Shown here in pieces: positions 27,361 through 38,638 of a stretch of 41,820 nt of DNA. Every line of letters begins with the position of its first letter. The stretch's first letter is position 1. The DNA is from Nostoc sp. DedSLP01. Its GTDB lineage: Bacteria; Cyanobacteriota; Cyanobacteriia; Cyanobacteriales; Nostocaceae. The notes under the pieces are model-generated. The model had not been told where the DNA came from. It worked only from the letters and a program-made list of their open reading frames with translations, and searched no databases. Both the position numbers and the translations under genes were made by a program. The stretch lies in contig JAVRCJ020000053.1 in assembly GCA_034530875.2 (NCBI GenBank), forward strand, positions 1 to 41,820. The letters run 5' to 3'.

Positions 27361-28929
27361 ATGGCGATTATTAGTGGAAGCATAACCCAAGCGGATGACA
27401 GAATTGTAGCTGATGCAGCTAACGATAGAATCGATGCTCTAGCGGGTAACGATACGGTTAATGGTGGCGGGGGTAACGATGTTCTCATCGGCAACTTTGG
27501 CAATGATTCTCTATTTGGAGGACTTGGTAACGACTCCCTCGATGGTGGATTCAACAGAGATACCCTTGATGGTGGTGCGGGTAACGACACTCTCAACGGC
27601 GGCGACGACAATGACACCCTTTCTGGCGGGACTGGAAATAATCTCGTTAATGGCGGTGCGGGTAATGATATTCTCATCGCTCAAAACGGCAACTTTCCTG
27701 GTGTCGGCGATGTTGGCGATACTTTGATAGGCGGTGCTGGTAGTGATGAATTGCGGGTTGAGGGAGCCTCAAATTATTTCTTGAGTAGCGATCGCCTGTT
27801 TGTCGGTAATTTAGTTCATCAGTTTTCTGAGGTTGAGCGTGTTAGGCTCACTGGTACTTCCGGTAATGACACGATTAATGCATCTCAAGCTTTGTTGTCA
27901 GATCGAACCTTTCTCTTTGGCGGTGCGGGTAATGACACCATCACAGGTAGTCGCGGACTCGACCAGATCAATGGTGGTGATGGTAATGACAGCATAGTAG
28001 GAGGAACAGGGTTTAACTTCCTGCGCGGTAATGATGGTAATGACACCCTGATAGGTGGCAATGACGACAATAATTTTAATGGTGGAGCCGGGAATGACTT
28101 AATGCAAGGTGGAACCGGGAGGGATAGTTTTTCTGATAGTGCCTTTGATGGAGCTGGCGACGATCGATATATTGGTGGAGCAGGTGAAGACTTCTTATTT
28201 ATAGAGGGCGACAATAACTTTGAGTTGTTCTCGTTTGTTAACGAGCCAAACAAAAGCCAACTCAAAGGCGGTAAGTTTGGCCCCTTTGCCAATCTTGATG
28301 ACTCGGCCACGGGTACTGATACCCTCGAAGGAATTGAAAACGTCCAAATTAATGGAGGCGCTAGCAGCAATCGCATAGATGCTAGTCGCGCTAGTCAAAA
28401 CGTCAGTGTTACTATTCGTGGTTTCGATGGCAATGATATTCTGCTAGGTGGTAGCGGTAACGATGACATATCTGGTGGATTTGGTAGCGATCGCGTTGAA
28501 GGTGGCGCTGGCAACGATCGCTTAGATGGCGATCTTGGCAATGATACTCTTGTAGGAGGCAAGGGTAATGATACCCTCCTTGGTAGTGGTGGCTTTAATA
28601 GCGGAGAGATAGATGTTTTAACAGGAGGAAATTTCTTCCAAGGAGTTCAATCTGTTGATACATTCAACCTCAATAGTTCCTATCGGCAAGCTGGTCATGC
28701 CATTATCACAGATTTCTCTTTACTAGATGGAGACAAGCTGAATCTGCGCGGTTCTGCTAGCGATTACACATTTGTCCAGCAAAACTTTACTCCTCGTTCT
28801 TTGACGAATGACTCATCTATCTTAGATACCGTTGTCTACTTCGGAGCGGCTGCTTTCGGCGACGTTATTACTGTCCTTGAGGATGTCAGTATAACAGTGG
28901 TAACTCCTGGGGTTACATTTACGTCCTAA
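27361..28929 (+). CDS. RTX / hemolysin-type calcium-binding repeat protein
   Basis: More than 20 GGxGxDxLx nonapeptides; no signal peptide; C-terminal IITDFS...GDKLNL segment typical of T1SS substrates. Confidence 0.92.
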   Translation: MAIISGSITQADDRIVADAANDRIDALAGNDTVNGGGGNDVLIGNFGNDSLFGGLGNDSLDGGFNRDTLDGGAGNDTLNGGDDNDTLSGGTGNNLVNGGAGNDILIAQNGNFPGVGDVGDTLIGGAGSDELRVEGASNYFLSSDRLFVGNLVHQFSEVERVRLTGTSGNDTINASQALLSDRTFLFGGAGNDTITGSRGLDQINGGDGNDSIVGGTGFNFLRGNDGNDTLIGGNDDNNFNGGAGNDLMQGGTGRDSFSDSAFDGAGDDRYIGGAGEDFLFIEGDNNFELFSFVNEPNKSQLKGGKFGPFANLDDSATGTDTLEGIENVQINGGASSNRIDASRASQNVSVTIRGFDGNDILLGGSGNDDISGGFGSDRVEGGAGNDRLDGDLGNDTLVGGKGNDTLLGSGGFNSGEIDVLTGGNFFQGVQSVDTFNLNSSYRQAGHAIITDFSLLDGDKLNLRGSASDYTFVQQNFTPRSLTNDSSILDTVVYFGAAAFGDVITVLEDVSITVVTPGVTFTS

Positions 28930-28970
28930 AATCGAAGGGTTTCAAAGGGTGTGGCGCAACGGGTGTAGAG

Positions 28971-29008
28971 TGTTACAATCCCACGTTTTAAAACGTGGGA
29001 TTGTAACA
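28971..29008. repeat. Perfect 38-bp palindrome (REP-like / terminator) after the RTX gene
   Basis: TGTTACAATCCCACGTTTT|AAAACGTGGGATTGTAACA. Confidence 0.85.
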
Positions 29009-29345
29009 GCTAGGTCTACCTCAAGGATTCTTATCGAGTCGCCTCGGTTGCGACTTTGAGCGAACACCTACTGGTTGTGGCAATGTTTGGTCATCGCCAG
29101 CCGTTGATTTTAAAACCCCTATTCCGCACTTCAAGTTGAACTACAAAGAGATTACAGTCAAGAGAAAAGAAAAACAATCAGGAGAATTAAGAAAAGAACA
29201 TTGAACTAATGTGCGCCGTGAAGAGAAATAATCAAACATACAATATTGGCTATGTAATTATTCGTAATTATTTCTAGGAAGGTTTCTCATTTATCCTAAT
29301 TAAGGGGTTGTAATTCACTGAAGTGCTGCTTATTTGAGAGGTGCA

Positions 29346-32096
29346 ATGTCTGGAATGACTCTATGGGGATGGGGTTGGCACAGGAAGTTGGCAGTTGGAA
29401 GTTGGTTGATAAGTAGTGCGATCGCCCCTGTAAATTGCGTCCTTGCCCAAATTACCCCGGATAACACCTTACCTAATAATTCCAGTGTCATCAGGGAGGG
29501 TAACACTTTTAATATCGTTGGAGGAACGCAAGCAGGAGGTAATTTATTCCATAGTTTTGGCGAGTTTTCTGTGCCTACTGGCAACAGTGCTGACTTTAAT
29601 AATGCTGTAGATATTCAAAACATTATTAGTCGAGTAACAGGTGGTTCAGCTTCTAATATTGATGGATTAATCAAGACCAACGGTACAGCTAACTTGTTTT
29701 TAATAAATCCCAACGGCATTATTTTTGGTCAGAGTGCGCGGTTGGATCTTGGTGGTTCGTTCATTGGTAGTACTGCAAGTAGCTTGAAATTTCGGGATGG
29801 TACAGAGTTTAGTGCAACTATGCCTCCAACTGTGCCTTTGCTGACTATCAGCGTTCCCGTTGGATTGCAATATGGGAAGAATCCGGCAAGCATCCTCAAT
29901 CAATCCCAAGCAATTAATAATAGCGGTGAAACCGTTGGTTTACAGGTACATTCAGGTAAGACTTTGGCGCTTGTGGGAGGTGATGTGGAGCTAAATGGCG
30001 GAAATTTGCAGGCTCTTGGCGGGAGAGTGGAATTAGGAGGACTAGCAGCAGCAGGAACAGTAGAATTGAACTTTGATAATAATCTACAGTTAAGTTTTCC
30101 TGCTAATGTAGCACTAACAGATATATTGTTGACCAATGCTTCTGCAATCAATGTAGTTGCAGAAAATAGAGGGAGTATTGCTATTAATGCTCGGAATTTA
30201 GATATTGTAAAGGAGAGTTCCTTAGTTGCTGGTATAGATACAAATTTAGGGGAGATTGGCTCCAAAGCAGGTGATATTACACTTAATGCTACAGGTGCGA
30301 TTAAATTTGAAGAACGATCGCAAGTTATTAACAGTGTTAATTTTAACTCTATAGGTAATGGGGGAAATATCATCATCCAAAGTGAATCAATCTTGTTTCG
30401 CGATGGTTCTACGTTATGGTCTTTGACTAACGGCAGAGGAAATACAGGTGATGTAATACTAAAAGCCAAAGATTCGGTAACATTTGAAGATAGTAGTGGT
30501 ACATTTACTTTTGTCAATAATGATGCTGTTGGTAATGGACCAAATATTATTATCCAAGCTCAGTCGTTCTCTATGCTCAATGGCTCTGCATTTGTTTCCA
30601 CTTCAGATGGCGAAGGAAATTCAGGTAATGTAACTATTGATGTCAACGGAGCTGTAACTTTTGCTGGAACGTCAATCAGTGGCTACCCTAGTAGTGTGTT
30701 TACCAACTCCAGTAGCATTGGCAAAGGCGGAAATATAACTATTCGGGCAAGTTCAGTTTCCTTGCATGATGGCGCTAATTTGGATACTAGTACTAGTGGT
30801 TCAGAACAAGCTGGGGATATAAAGATTGAAACTAGTGGTGCTGTCTCGTTGACAGGAGTAAATGGTGTGGGACTTGTTAGTTTTATAAGAAGTCAGGTTT
30901 ATTATAATGGCGTTGGCTCTGGTGGAAATATTAATATCAAAGCTAGTTCACTATCTCTGCAAAATGGCACTCAAATTAACTCCAACACGCTAGCTCAAGG
31001 AAATGCTGGTAATATAATACTGGAAATTAACGGCGCTGTATCTTTAGCAGGAGTCGATCGAGAAGGGAATGCTGGTGGTATATTCAGCAGTGTAGAACCT
31101 AATGCCATAGGTAATGGTGGTAATATTAACATTCAAGCTACTTCACTTTCAGTCACAGAGGGTGCTAGATTATCTGCCAGTACTGTCGGACAAGGAAATG
31201 CTGGCAATATCAATGTTAATATTGACGATGCAATCGCCTTTGACAGCATAAATAGCGTTAGCCCCAGTGGAGCATTTACCAGCGTAGAGTCGGGAGCAGC
31301 TGGTAACGCAGGCAACATTAATTTAATAACCCGTTCAATTCGTTTAGATAACCAAGCAGCTATTTCAGCAATTACGACATCAGGTAATGGTGGCGATATT
31401 AACTTGCAGGTGCAAGATATATTGCTATTACGCCGTAACAGTAAAATTTCTACCTCAGCAGGTACAGTTAGGCAAGGAGGAAATGGTGGAAACATTACCA
31501 TTAATGCTCCCAATGGTTTTATCATTGCTGTTCCTCAAGAAAATAGTGACATTACTGCTAATGCTTTCATAGGCAAAGGTGGGAGAGTAGATATTCAAGC
31601 TTTTGGTATCTTTAGTATTCAGCCTCGTCAAAGTCCAACTTTCGGAAATGACATAACTGCTAGTTCAGAATTAGGCATAGACGGCACTATAGAACTTAAT
31701 ACACCTGATGTTGACCCTAGCAGAGGATTAGTTGAGCTGCCAACAAATCCAGTTGATGCTTCCAATCAAATTGCTCAGGGCTGTACTCCCAGAGGCAAGC
31801 AAACTAGTAGTTTTGTTGCCACAGGACGCGGCGGATTGCCGGATAGTCCTAACGAGATGCTAGGCGATGATGCAATTGAGGTAAATTTGGTTACTCTCGA
31901 TCCGAAAGCAAATCGCTCTATTCCAACTATTTCTACGCTCCCACCTGCTCCCGTGCCAGCTCGTATAGTAGAAGCTCAGGGGTTTGTAATAGGTAACAAT
32001 GGCGAGGTAATCCTCACAGCCTCTGTCCCTACCGCCACACCCAATCATCCTGGGTTGACTCCACAATTGTGTCATGTATCACAACAAAGTCAGTAG
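29346..32096 (+). CDS. Filamentous haemagglutinin N-terminal domain protein (TpsA-type exoprotein)
   Basis: Signal peptide ending VLA-QITPD; TPS motifs NLFHSF, NIISRVTGG.SNIDG, NLFLINPNGIIFG; GNxGNIxI beta-helix repeats; C-terminal C...SSFVATGRGGLP...IVEAQG. ATG 29346 follows GAGAGG. Confidence 0.93.
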   Translation: MSGMTLWGWGWHRKLAVGSWLISSAIAPVNCVLAQITPDNTLPNNSSVIREGNTFNIVGGTQAGGNLFHSFGEFSVPTGNSADFNNAVDIQNIISRVTGGSASNIDGLIKTNGTANLFLINPNGIIFGQSARLDLGGSFIGSTASSLKFRDGTEFSATMPPTVPLLTISVPVGLQYGKNPASILNQSQAINNSGETVGLQVHSGKTLALVGGDVELNGGNLQALGGRVELGGLAAAGTVELNFDNNLQLSFPANVALTDILLTNASAINVVAENRGSIAINARNLDIVKESSLVAGIDTNLGEIGSKAGDITLNATGAIKFEERSQVINSVNFNSIGNGGNIIIQSESILFRDGSTLWSLTNGRGNTGDVILKAKDSVTFEDSSGTFTFVNNDAVGNGPNIIIQAQSFSMLNGSAFVSTSDGEGNSGNVTIDVNGAVTFAGTSISGYPSSVFTNSSSIGKGGNITIRASSVSLHDGANLDTSTSGSEQAGDIKIETSGAVSLTGVNGVGLVSFIRSQVYYNGVGSGGNINIKASSLSLQNGTQINSNTLAQGNAGNIILEINGAVSLAGVDREGNAGGIFSSVEPNAIGNGGNINIQATSLSVTEGARLSASTVGQGNAGNINVNIDDAIAFDSINSVSPSGAFTSVESGAAGNAGNINLITRSIRLDNQAAISAITTSGNGGDINLQVQDILLLRRNSKISTSAGTVRQGGNGGNITINAPNGFIIAVPQENSDITANAFIGKGGRVDIQAFGIFSIQPRQSPTFGNDITASSELGIDGTIELNTPDVDPSRGLVELPTNPVDASNQIAQGCTPRGKQTSSFVATGRGGLPDSPNEMLGDDAIEVNLVTLDPKANRSIPTISTLPPAPVPARIVEAQGFVIGNNGEVILTASVPTATPNHPGLTPQLCHVSQQSQ

Positions 32097-32170
32097 ATGC
32101 GTCACCAACAAAGGCGATCGCATTCCTTTGTTCCTTTGACAAATCTGCAAAGTGCATTGAGGGCAAAAAC

Positions 32171-34810
32171 GTGAAAAGAAAACGATCGTTATTTTTCCGT
32201 TTCCGCCGATTGTTGAAGTATTTGCATATAGGAGTGCATCATTGTGGAGTACTGATACTTTTGGCAATATTCTTAGGTACAAGCGTATTGCCCCCCACTT
32301 TCGCCTTGATGGCTACCCAAAACTCCGTTGTTCAATCTGTATCTAATGCTCAAGAGTTATTTCAACAGGGCAGTAAGTTATATGAAGCAGAACAGTTTCA
32401 TCAGGCATCTTTAATCTTTGAACAAGCATTAATTGCTTTCCAAGCTCAAAGGAATAAACTCATGCAAGCTATGACCTTGAGCAATCTTTCCTTGACATAC
32501 CAGCAATTAGGACAGCGGTCAAAAGCAACTCAAGCGATCGCCCAAAGTCTAAACTTATTACAGACTGGGCTAGTCTCTGAAGAAAGAGGTTCGCTAACGC
32601 AAATCCTAGCCCAAGCTTTAGATATTCAAGGTCGGCTACAGTTAGCACAGGGAAAAGCTGAATCAGCTCTAATTTCTTGGCAACAAGCAGCCGCAATTTA
32701 TGCAAAAACAAGTGACAACATTGGGTTAATCCGCAGTCAAATTAACTCTGCTCAAGCTTTGCAAACTTTAGGAAATTATCGTCAAGCCCAGAAGATATTA
32801 ACTCAAATTAACCAAAACCTGCAAAACCAACCAGACTCAACTCTCAAAGCTACAGGATTGCGTAGCCTTGGCAATGTACTGCGAGTCGTCGGGGATTTAG
32901 AACAATCTCGAAAGATTTTGCAGCAGAGTTTAGAAGTGGCAGAGCGAATGCAATTGCAATCTCCTCAAGCTATAAGTGAAACTTGGTTAAGTTTAGGTAA
33001 TACCGCTACAGCCCAACAGGATATCCCAGCAGCTTTAAATTACTATCAACAAGCTGCTACGTCTACTTCGTCAACTACACGTATCCAAGCTAATTTAAAT
33101 CAACTTCGTCTATTGTTGGATAACAATCAATTGGGTGCTGCTCAAGCATTGATATCTAAAATCCAAGCTCAAATCCCTGACTTACCTATCAGTCGCAAGG
33201 CGGTTTACGCTCGAATTAACTTTGCCCAGAGTTTAATAAAACTAAAAGCAAAAGGTGTAGATGGACATGAATTGAAAGAAATAGCCCAGCTTTTAGCTAC
33301 AGCAGTCCAACAAGCAAGAGATTTACAAGACCAGCGTTCAGTTGCTTATGCTCTAGGAAATCTTGGAGGATTATACGAACAAACCCAACAATTTTATAGC
33401 GCCCAAGACCTCACGCAGCAAGCCCTAGTTATATCTCAAGCTATTAACGTGCCAGATATTACCTATCGTTGGCAATGGCAGTTAGGACGTTTACTCAAAG
33501 CTAGGGGAGATATAAAAGGCGCGATCGCAGCTTACACCGAATCAGTTAAAATCCTTCAATCCCTCCGCAACGATTTAGTTGCAATTAATCCAGAGGTACA
33601 GTTTTCTTTCCGAGATGAAGTCGAGCCAATCTATCGGCAGTTGGTCAATTTGCTGTTGCAATCACAAACAGACTTCCAACCCAGCCAAAACAACTTAGTG
33701 CAAGCCCGCGCCGTCATTGAATCCCTACAACTAGCTGAACTGGACAACTTCTTTCGGGTAGCTTGCTTAGAAGGAAAACCCGTACAAATTGACTCTGTTA
33801 TCGATCGACAAGATCCTAGTGCGGCAGTTATCTATCCAATAATCTTGGCAGACAGACTAGAAGTTATTCTCAAGTTACCTCAACAACCGTTGCACCATTA
33901 TCAAACCAGCATTAGTGCAACTGAAGTAGAAAAAATTTTAGACCAATTACGCCAAGAACTGATCGAACCTTATACATTGCAACAGACTCAAGCATTATCC
34001 AAACAGGTATATAATTGGTTGCTACAACCAGCAGAGAAATACTTAGCTAAATCCCAAATCAAAACTTTAGTATTTGTTTTAGATGGTTCGTTACGAAACA
34101 TTCCTATGGCTGTCCTTTACGATGGTCAACAGTATCTGATTCAGAAATATGCGATCGCTTTGACTCCAGGGTTACAGTTATTAGCGCCCAGGTCTTTATC
34201 AGAGCAACAAATAAAAGCTTTGACTGCCGGAATAACTGAAGCGCGCCAGGGTTTTTCTGCCCTCAGCAATGTGGCACTAGAGTTGAATGAAATTAAGTCT
34301 GAGATGCCTACCAAAGTGCTACTCAATCAAAAATTTACCAGCAAGGCTTTTCAACAAGAAATAAACTCTATTCTTTTCCCTGTAGTACATCTAGCAACTC
34401 ACGGTCAGTTTAGTTCCAAAGCTGATGAGACGTTTATTCTTACCTGGGATGGTCGGATTAACGTTAATCAACTCGATACCTTACTACGTACTAGAGAGAC
34501 ACAAAGACCAAATGCGATCGAATTACTTGTTCTCAGCGCCTGCCAAACTGCTGCTGGGGATAAGCGAGCTACTTTGGGGCTTGCTGGCATAGCTGTGCGG
34601 GCGGGGGCACGTAGTACTCTTGCTTCTTTATGGAATTTGGATGATGAATCGACAGCAGAACTTATGAGTCAGTTCTACCGAGAATTAACTTCTAAAAAGC
34701 TGACTAAAGCCGAAGCACTCCGCCAAGCTCAACTAGCTTTGTTAAAAAACCCTAAATACCAACATCCATTGTTTTGGGCCGCTTACGTCCTAGTGGGAAA
34801 TTGGTTATAA
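32171..34810 (+). CDS. TPR + CHAT (caspase HetF-associated) domain protein with an N-terminal hydrophobic/signal segment
   Basis: TPR repeats; VLDGSLRNIPM, HLATHGQF (catalytic His), LLVLSACQTAAG (catalytic Cys), ASLW, AEALRQAQL, HPLFWAAYVLVGNW. Start uncertain (GTG 32171 or 32069). Confidence 0.92.
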   Translation: MKRKRSLFFRFRRLLKYLHIGVHHCGVLILLAIFLGTSVLPPTFALMATQNSVVQSVSNAQELFQQGSKLYEAEQFHQASLIFEQALIAFQAQRNKLMQAMTLSNLSLTYQQLGQRSKATQAIAQSLNLLQTGLVSEERGSLTQILAQALDIQGRLQLAQGKAESALISWQQAAAIYAKTSDNIGLIRSQINSAQALQTLGNYRQAQKILTQINQNLQNQPDSTLKATGLRSLGNVLRVVGDLEQSRKILQQSLEVAERMQLQSPQAISETWLSLGNTATAQQDIPAALNYYQQAATSTSSTTRIQANLNQLRLLLDNNQLGAAQALISKIQAQIPDLPISRKAVYARINFAQSLIKLKAKGVDGHELKEIAQLLATAVQQARDLQDQRSVAYALGNLGGLYEQTQQFYSAQDLTQQALVISQAINVPDITYRWQWQLGRLLKARGDIKGAIAAYTESVKILQSLRNDLVAINPEVQFSFRDEVEPIYRQLVNLLLQSQTDFQPSQNNLVQARAVIESLQLAELDNFFRVACLEGKPVQIDSVIDRQDPSAAVIYPIILADRLEVILKLPQQPLHHYQTSISATEVEKILDQLRQELIEPYTLQQTQALSKQVYNWLLQPAEKYLAKSQIKTLVFVLDGSLRNIPMAVLYDGQQYLIQKYAIALTPGLQLLAPRSLSEQQIKALTAGITEARQGFSALSNVALELNEIKSEMPTKVLLNQKFTSKAFQQEINSILFPVVHLATHGQFSSKADETFILTWDGRINVNQLDTLLRTRETQRPNAIELLVLSACQTAAGDKRATLGLAGIAVRAGARSTLASLWNLDDESTAELMSQFYRELTSKKLTKAEALRQAQLALLKNPKYQHPLFWAAYVLVGNWL

Positions 34811-34916
34811 TATCATGTCTGGTTAATTAGTTATGATTACCAGAACTGTGCAAAAACCAGGAAACCCTCTTTGCCCCTGCTGTCTTAATGATAAGTCTTT
34901 AACCGAACACGATATA
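34810..34916. mobile_element. MITE with TA ends between convergent genes
   Basis: TATCATGTCTGGTTAA versus reverse complement of right end TATCGTGTTCGGTTAA (13/16 match). Confidence 0.65.
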
Positions 34917-34917
34917 A

Positions 34918-35679
34918 CTATCGGCAGCAATTTACTATCGGTTCTGAAGCAATGTCATTCAGACCAACTGATTGCAAAAGGTTAGCCCAATTATTACGTT
35001 TGGGATCTAGGTAACGAAGTTGAGCTGAAGCAGCCACTAACTCGTACCAAATACCATGAGTAGCATAAAGATTAACGCGCTGCTGTGGTGTTGCTTTCTC
35101 TAACTGATTTTTCAAAATGGAGTTGGGTTCGATCCTTTCGATCCAGCCATCAACAAAAATAGGTGGTTGTTGTGGATAGCAGTAAATACTAAAGTACCAA
35201 TGATAGCGATCGCCAATTTTTAATGAAGAAGCTGTTGATGGCAAAGAGATGCCGACCGCCCCTGGTGTTCCAGATAGTGAAACAGGGCTTTGGTATACAG
35301 TTTGTCCCACTTCATTCTGTAACACGAACTCTGCGGCAGCTTTAGTCGTGTAAGGAACATAGAACCAGAAAGTTGGATGGGAAATAGTCGTTAGTCCAAA
35401 TACTAGTTCCGCATTTAGAGAGCTATAAACCGGAACTAACGCTGTCAATCGCTTTTCTTTAATTGTAGGAAGCTGCTTATTCATGTTCTCACAACCGCGC
35501 TTTCCTCCTGCTGTGCGATTACCAGGTGCGCCAATGTCATCTGGGGGAGGAGGTGCGTTAAAAATCTCTGTTTTGGAAATTTGAGATTTTACAGGTTGTA
35601 TTGGTACTAGTACCAAGCAAAGTGATGCTAAAGCGATCGCCCAGGCAAGCTTAATACTAGTTTGTAATTTGTAATTCAT
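34918..35679 (-). CDS. DUF928 domain protein (exported)
   Basis: Signal peptide; GAPGNRTAGGKRGC, LTALVP, TTISHPTFWFYVPY, YHWYFSIYC, VDGWIERI, YATHGIWYE, W.NLLQSVGL. Confidence 0.9.
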   Translation of the reverse strand: MNYKLQTSIKLAWAIALASLCLVLVPIQPVKSQISKTEIFNAPPPPDDIGAPGNRTAGGKRGCENMNKQLPTIKEKRLTALVPVYSSLNAELVFGLTTISHPTFWFYVPYTTKAAAEFVLQNEVGQTVYQSPVSLSGTPGAVGISLPSTASSLKIGDRYHWYFSIYCYPQQPPIFVDGWIERIEPNSILKNQLEKATPQQRVNLYATHGIWYELVAASAQLRYLDPKRNNWANLLQSVGLNDIASEPIVNCCR

Positions 35680-35854
35680 AATTCGTAGTTTTGAAAAATT
35701 ATATTTAATCTAAATTTTCTGTCAAACCTGTAGCCTTTTTTGCATAATTACTATCAGATGGAAAACTAAGTTCATTTCAACAAATACTCAAATTTATAAC
35801 ATCTTTGTTATTTGTTATTAGTGACTGTATAGTTTTACAGTTCTAGGAGAAATA

Positions 35855-35976
35855 TAAGTACCTAAGCAAAATTAATTGCACATAATAATTGAAAAACAAA
35901 ACCTCCGTACTCCTTACCTGTTCCCTGTTAAGAGTTCCCTGTCTTAAATATAAAATTTATTTTGCACGACTACTTA
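35855..35976. mobile_element. MITE with TA ends containing STRR heptamers
   Basis: TAAGTACCTAAGCAAAATTAATT versus reverse complement of right end TAAGTAGTCGTGCAAAATAAATT; internal cctgttc cctgtta agagttc cctgtct. Confidence 0.65.
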
Positions 35977-36184
35977 ATTAGCCGATTAACAAATTCGGTG
36001 GGTTTAAGTCCCCCAGTTCTATAATCGGTCAATTTTGTGGTGGGGCCCTTACAAAATCCAGATGGTCGGAAATCTCCGCTCTGGTTTTGCGCTAAATCCC
36101 CATTACAAAACTGTACTTCCGACTTCCGATTTCTTTAATAAAGGCTATTTATCTCATCAAAAGCAGTAAAAGTATTTTCGGAAA

Positions 36185-38599
36185 TTATTCGCTTTTATTT
36201 GGTTTTCCGAATGAAGAATTACGAATTACTATTACTACACTAGTGCCAGTTACGACTAAGGTAATAGTGGCAGGAATTAACGGTATCCAAATACCTTGAA
36301 GGAGCATAACAAAGCTGATTGCAGATATAACCACAACGACAAAAATTCCCACTAGTCCTAAAAGCAAGAAGTTACGAATCCGCCATGCCACTATTCCTCC
36401 AAAAACAGACCAGTAAAAAATCCACAAAACCTCACCCCAAACAGGCCAAATCCATAATAGAGTTCGCCCATCTAAAACTGCACTCAGAATTTGACTCACC
36501 ATTTGAGCATGAACAATAACTCCTGGCATTTCTTGCTTTTGGTCAGTATGGTCACTAGTGTAAGGCGTAGAAAAATAATCACCAGCATTTTGAGTAGTAA
36601 TGCCAATGAGTACGATCCGATTCTTTACTTGATTGGGATCTATATCACCCTTGAGTGCGTCTGTGAGTGTAATTTGCTCTATAGCCTTTAAAGGAGAATT
36701 AAAGGAACGGTAATTCAGCAATACTTGATAGCCCCTATCATCTAATCGTTGATAACCTCCTATATGCGCTCGTAATCGTTTAAACACAACTTTGCCGATT
36801 TGCAACTCCTTGTTTTTGGTGTACTGGGCAGAAATGCCCTCTGTTTTTAAGTAATGAAATGCCAATTGAGCACTGAAGGCGTAGGGCGTAGTACAAGGGG
36901 AGGGGGCGCTTGGTTTCATCGCAATCAAATGACGGCGGAGAATAGCATCGCTGTCCTTGACAAAATCGCTAAAGCCTTGACGTTCTGTAGGAATTTCTGG
37001 AGGAGATGAAACACCTGGTTCATGAATCTGAGGTTGGCTGACTCTGCAAATAGCAATGAAGTTGTCCTTGCGCTGCATCCAAGTCACTAGAGATTTTTCG
37101 CTGGGGTCTACGGGGAAATCGTGATAAATATCTAAGCCGATGGCTCGTACTTTGAACTGTTCGAGTTTTTGCACAAGTAAAGCAAGTGCGCGATCCGATA
37201 GCGAGCCTTTTCTTTGTTGTTGTTCTGGTAGCTTAAAATCATCTTCAGCGATCCCTACTACCAAAAGGCGCGGATCTGGTTTTTCGCTAGGGCGCAATCG
37301 TAGCAGTCGATCAAAAGCAGCTAGTTCCGCGGCTTGTAATAGTCCCAAATGCCGCACTCCCATTATCAAGGTTGTGACAATCACAGCTAACATCAGCACA
37401 ATTTGAAAACGCTGCTTTCTAGGCAATATTTGAGGCGGTTTCTCGATGACTGGTTTTAAGCTCGCTAACGCTTTCTCAACCCAACTTTGATTAAAAACAG
37501 CAGCATAAATGCGGTTATAAACTTTTAACAAACCTTGTTGCTTAACTACTAATCCTGATAACCGCAATTCCATTTGCTCAGAAGTATTATACGCTGCGAT
37601 TTGACCTATTTGTAAAATTTGTTGGTAAAGCTCTAGCAACTTCTGAATCTGTTGTTCGTCTCTGGAAATGCCATTGCTATCAATGTATTGGCAAAAAAGG
37701 CGATCGCGAATCGTTCTCAGATGCTCTGGTTCATCTTGGGATTCCCAGTTTTCAATGACTTGAGAACGTACTAGTTTTTCAACATACTCTGCTTCACCAT
37801 TTGTTGAAATCATAGAGGAAGAAGTGATAACTAACTGGCAAAGCTTCTGAGTTAGAAAAGGTTGACCACCACTCCAGGCTAATATTTCTTTTAACACTAT
37901 GTCAGGGTTACCAATTCCCACTAATCCCTTAGCTAATGGTTGAGCTTCAGACAATTGAAAGCCGTTTAGTTCTATAGCTCGACCAATGTTAAAGGGTGTC
38001 TGGTGTTTGTCTTGAATTAAATCGTAGGGAGTAGTCACTCCTAGCAGTACAAAACTCAGGCGCTGATAAGCGCCATTGTCGGCTCGTTTGTTATAGCAAC
38101 CTCGAATTAAAGCCAAAAAATCATCTTTGAAGTCCAGTTTGAGAATGCTATCAATTTCGTCTACAAAAATCACAATGTTTTGAGACACTTCCACTAGCAG
38201 CACTGACTCAATAAACTCACTCAAGCATTGTACTGGTGGAAGTCCAGAGCGTTCGCTCCACCAACTTAGTACTTTAAACTTAGGGATGAAACTACGTGCC
38301 AGCCTACGCATTACGCCCAAATACCATTGCGATGGGGTAATGTCTTGACTTCCAATCGCCGTAATGTCGATGACACCACAGGCAATACCTTCTGCTTGCA
38401 ATTTATGCATTGTTTGCACTCGCAGGCTGGACTTGCCCATCTGTCGTGAATTAAAGACATAACAAAATTCCCCAGCCTTTAGCGCATCATAAAATTCTTT
38501 GTCGGCTTGGCGTTGCACATAGCTTGGAGCATTAATTTGTAAGCTCCCCCCAACTTGATATTTATAAGCCGAGTTTTCTGTTTTATTTGTTGGACGCAT
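36185..38599 (-). CDS. AAA-like (AAA_35) ATPase + CHASE2 sensor transmembrane protein
   Basis: YQVGGSL...SYVQRQAD, Walker A SRQMGKSS, Walker B IFVDEID; TM helix; CHASE2 motifs [42 protein letters not shown]; three C-terminal TM helices. Confidence 0.92.
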   Translation of the reverse strand: MRPTNKTENSAYKYQVGGSLQINAPSYVQRQADKEFYDALKAGEFCYVFNSRQMGKSSLRVQTMHKLQAEGIACGVIDITAIGSQDITPSQWYLGVMRRLARSFIPKFKVLSWWSERSGLPPVQCLSEFIESVLLVEVSQNIVIFVDEIDSILKLDFKDDFLALIRGCYNKRADNGAYQRLSFVLLGVTTPYDLIQDKHQTPFNIGRAIELNGFQLSEAQPLAKGLVGIGNPDIVLKEILAWSGGQPFLTQKLCQLVITSSSMISTNGEAEYVEKLVRSQVIENWESQDEPEHLRTIRDRLFCQYIDSNGISRDEQQIQKLLELYQQILQIGQIAAYNTSEQMELRLSGLVVKQQGLLKVYNRIYAAVFNQSWVEKALASLKPVIEKPPQILPRKQRFQIVLMLAVIVTTLIMGVRHLGLLQAAELAAFDRLLRLRPSEKPDPRLLVVGIAEDDFKLPEQQQRKGSLSDRALALLVQKLEQFKVRAIGLDIYHDFPVDPSEKSLVTWMQRKDNFIAICRVSQPQIHEPGVSSPPEIPTERQGFSDFVKDSDAILRRHLIAMKPSAPSPCTTPYAFSAQLAFHYLKTEGISAQYTKNKELQIGKVVFKRLRAHIGGYQRLDDRGYQVLLNYRSFNSPLKAIEQITLTDALKGDIDPNQVKNRIVLIGITTQNAGDYFSTPYTSDHTDQKQEMPGVIVHAQMVSQILSAVLDGRTLLWIWPVWGEVLWIFYWSVFGGIVAWRIRNFLLLGLVGIFVVVVISAISFVMLLQGIWIPLIPATITLVVTGTSVVIVIRNSSFGKPNKSE

Positions 38600-38638
38600 C
38601 CTAAGTTAAAGCTTTTAGCAACGTCTGTTAGTCACAAT

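Noticed and set aside
27342..31525. Antisense Pro/Ser-rich ORFs opposite the RTX and FHA genes
   Set aside because: Reverse complements of Gly-rich repeats
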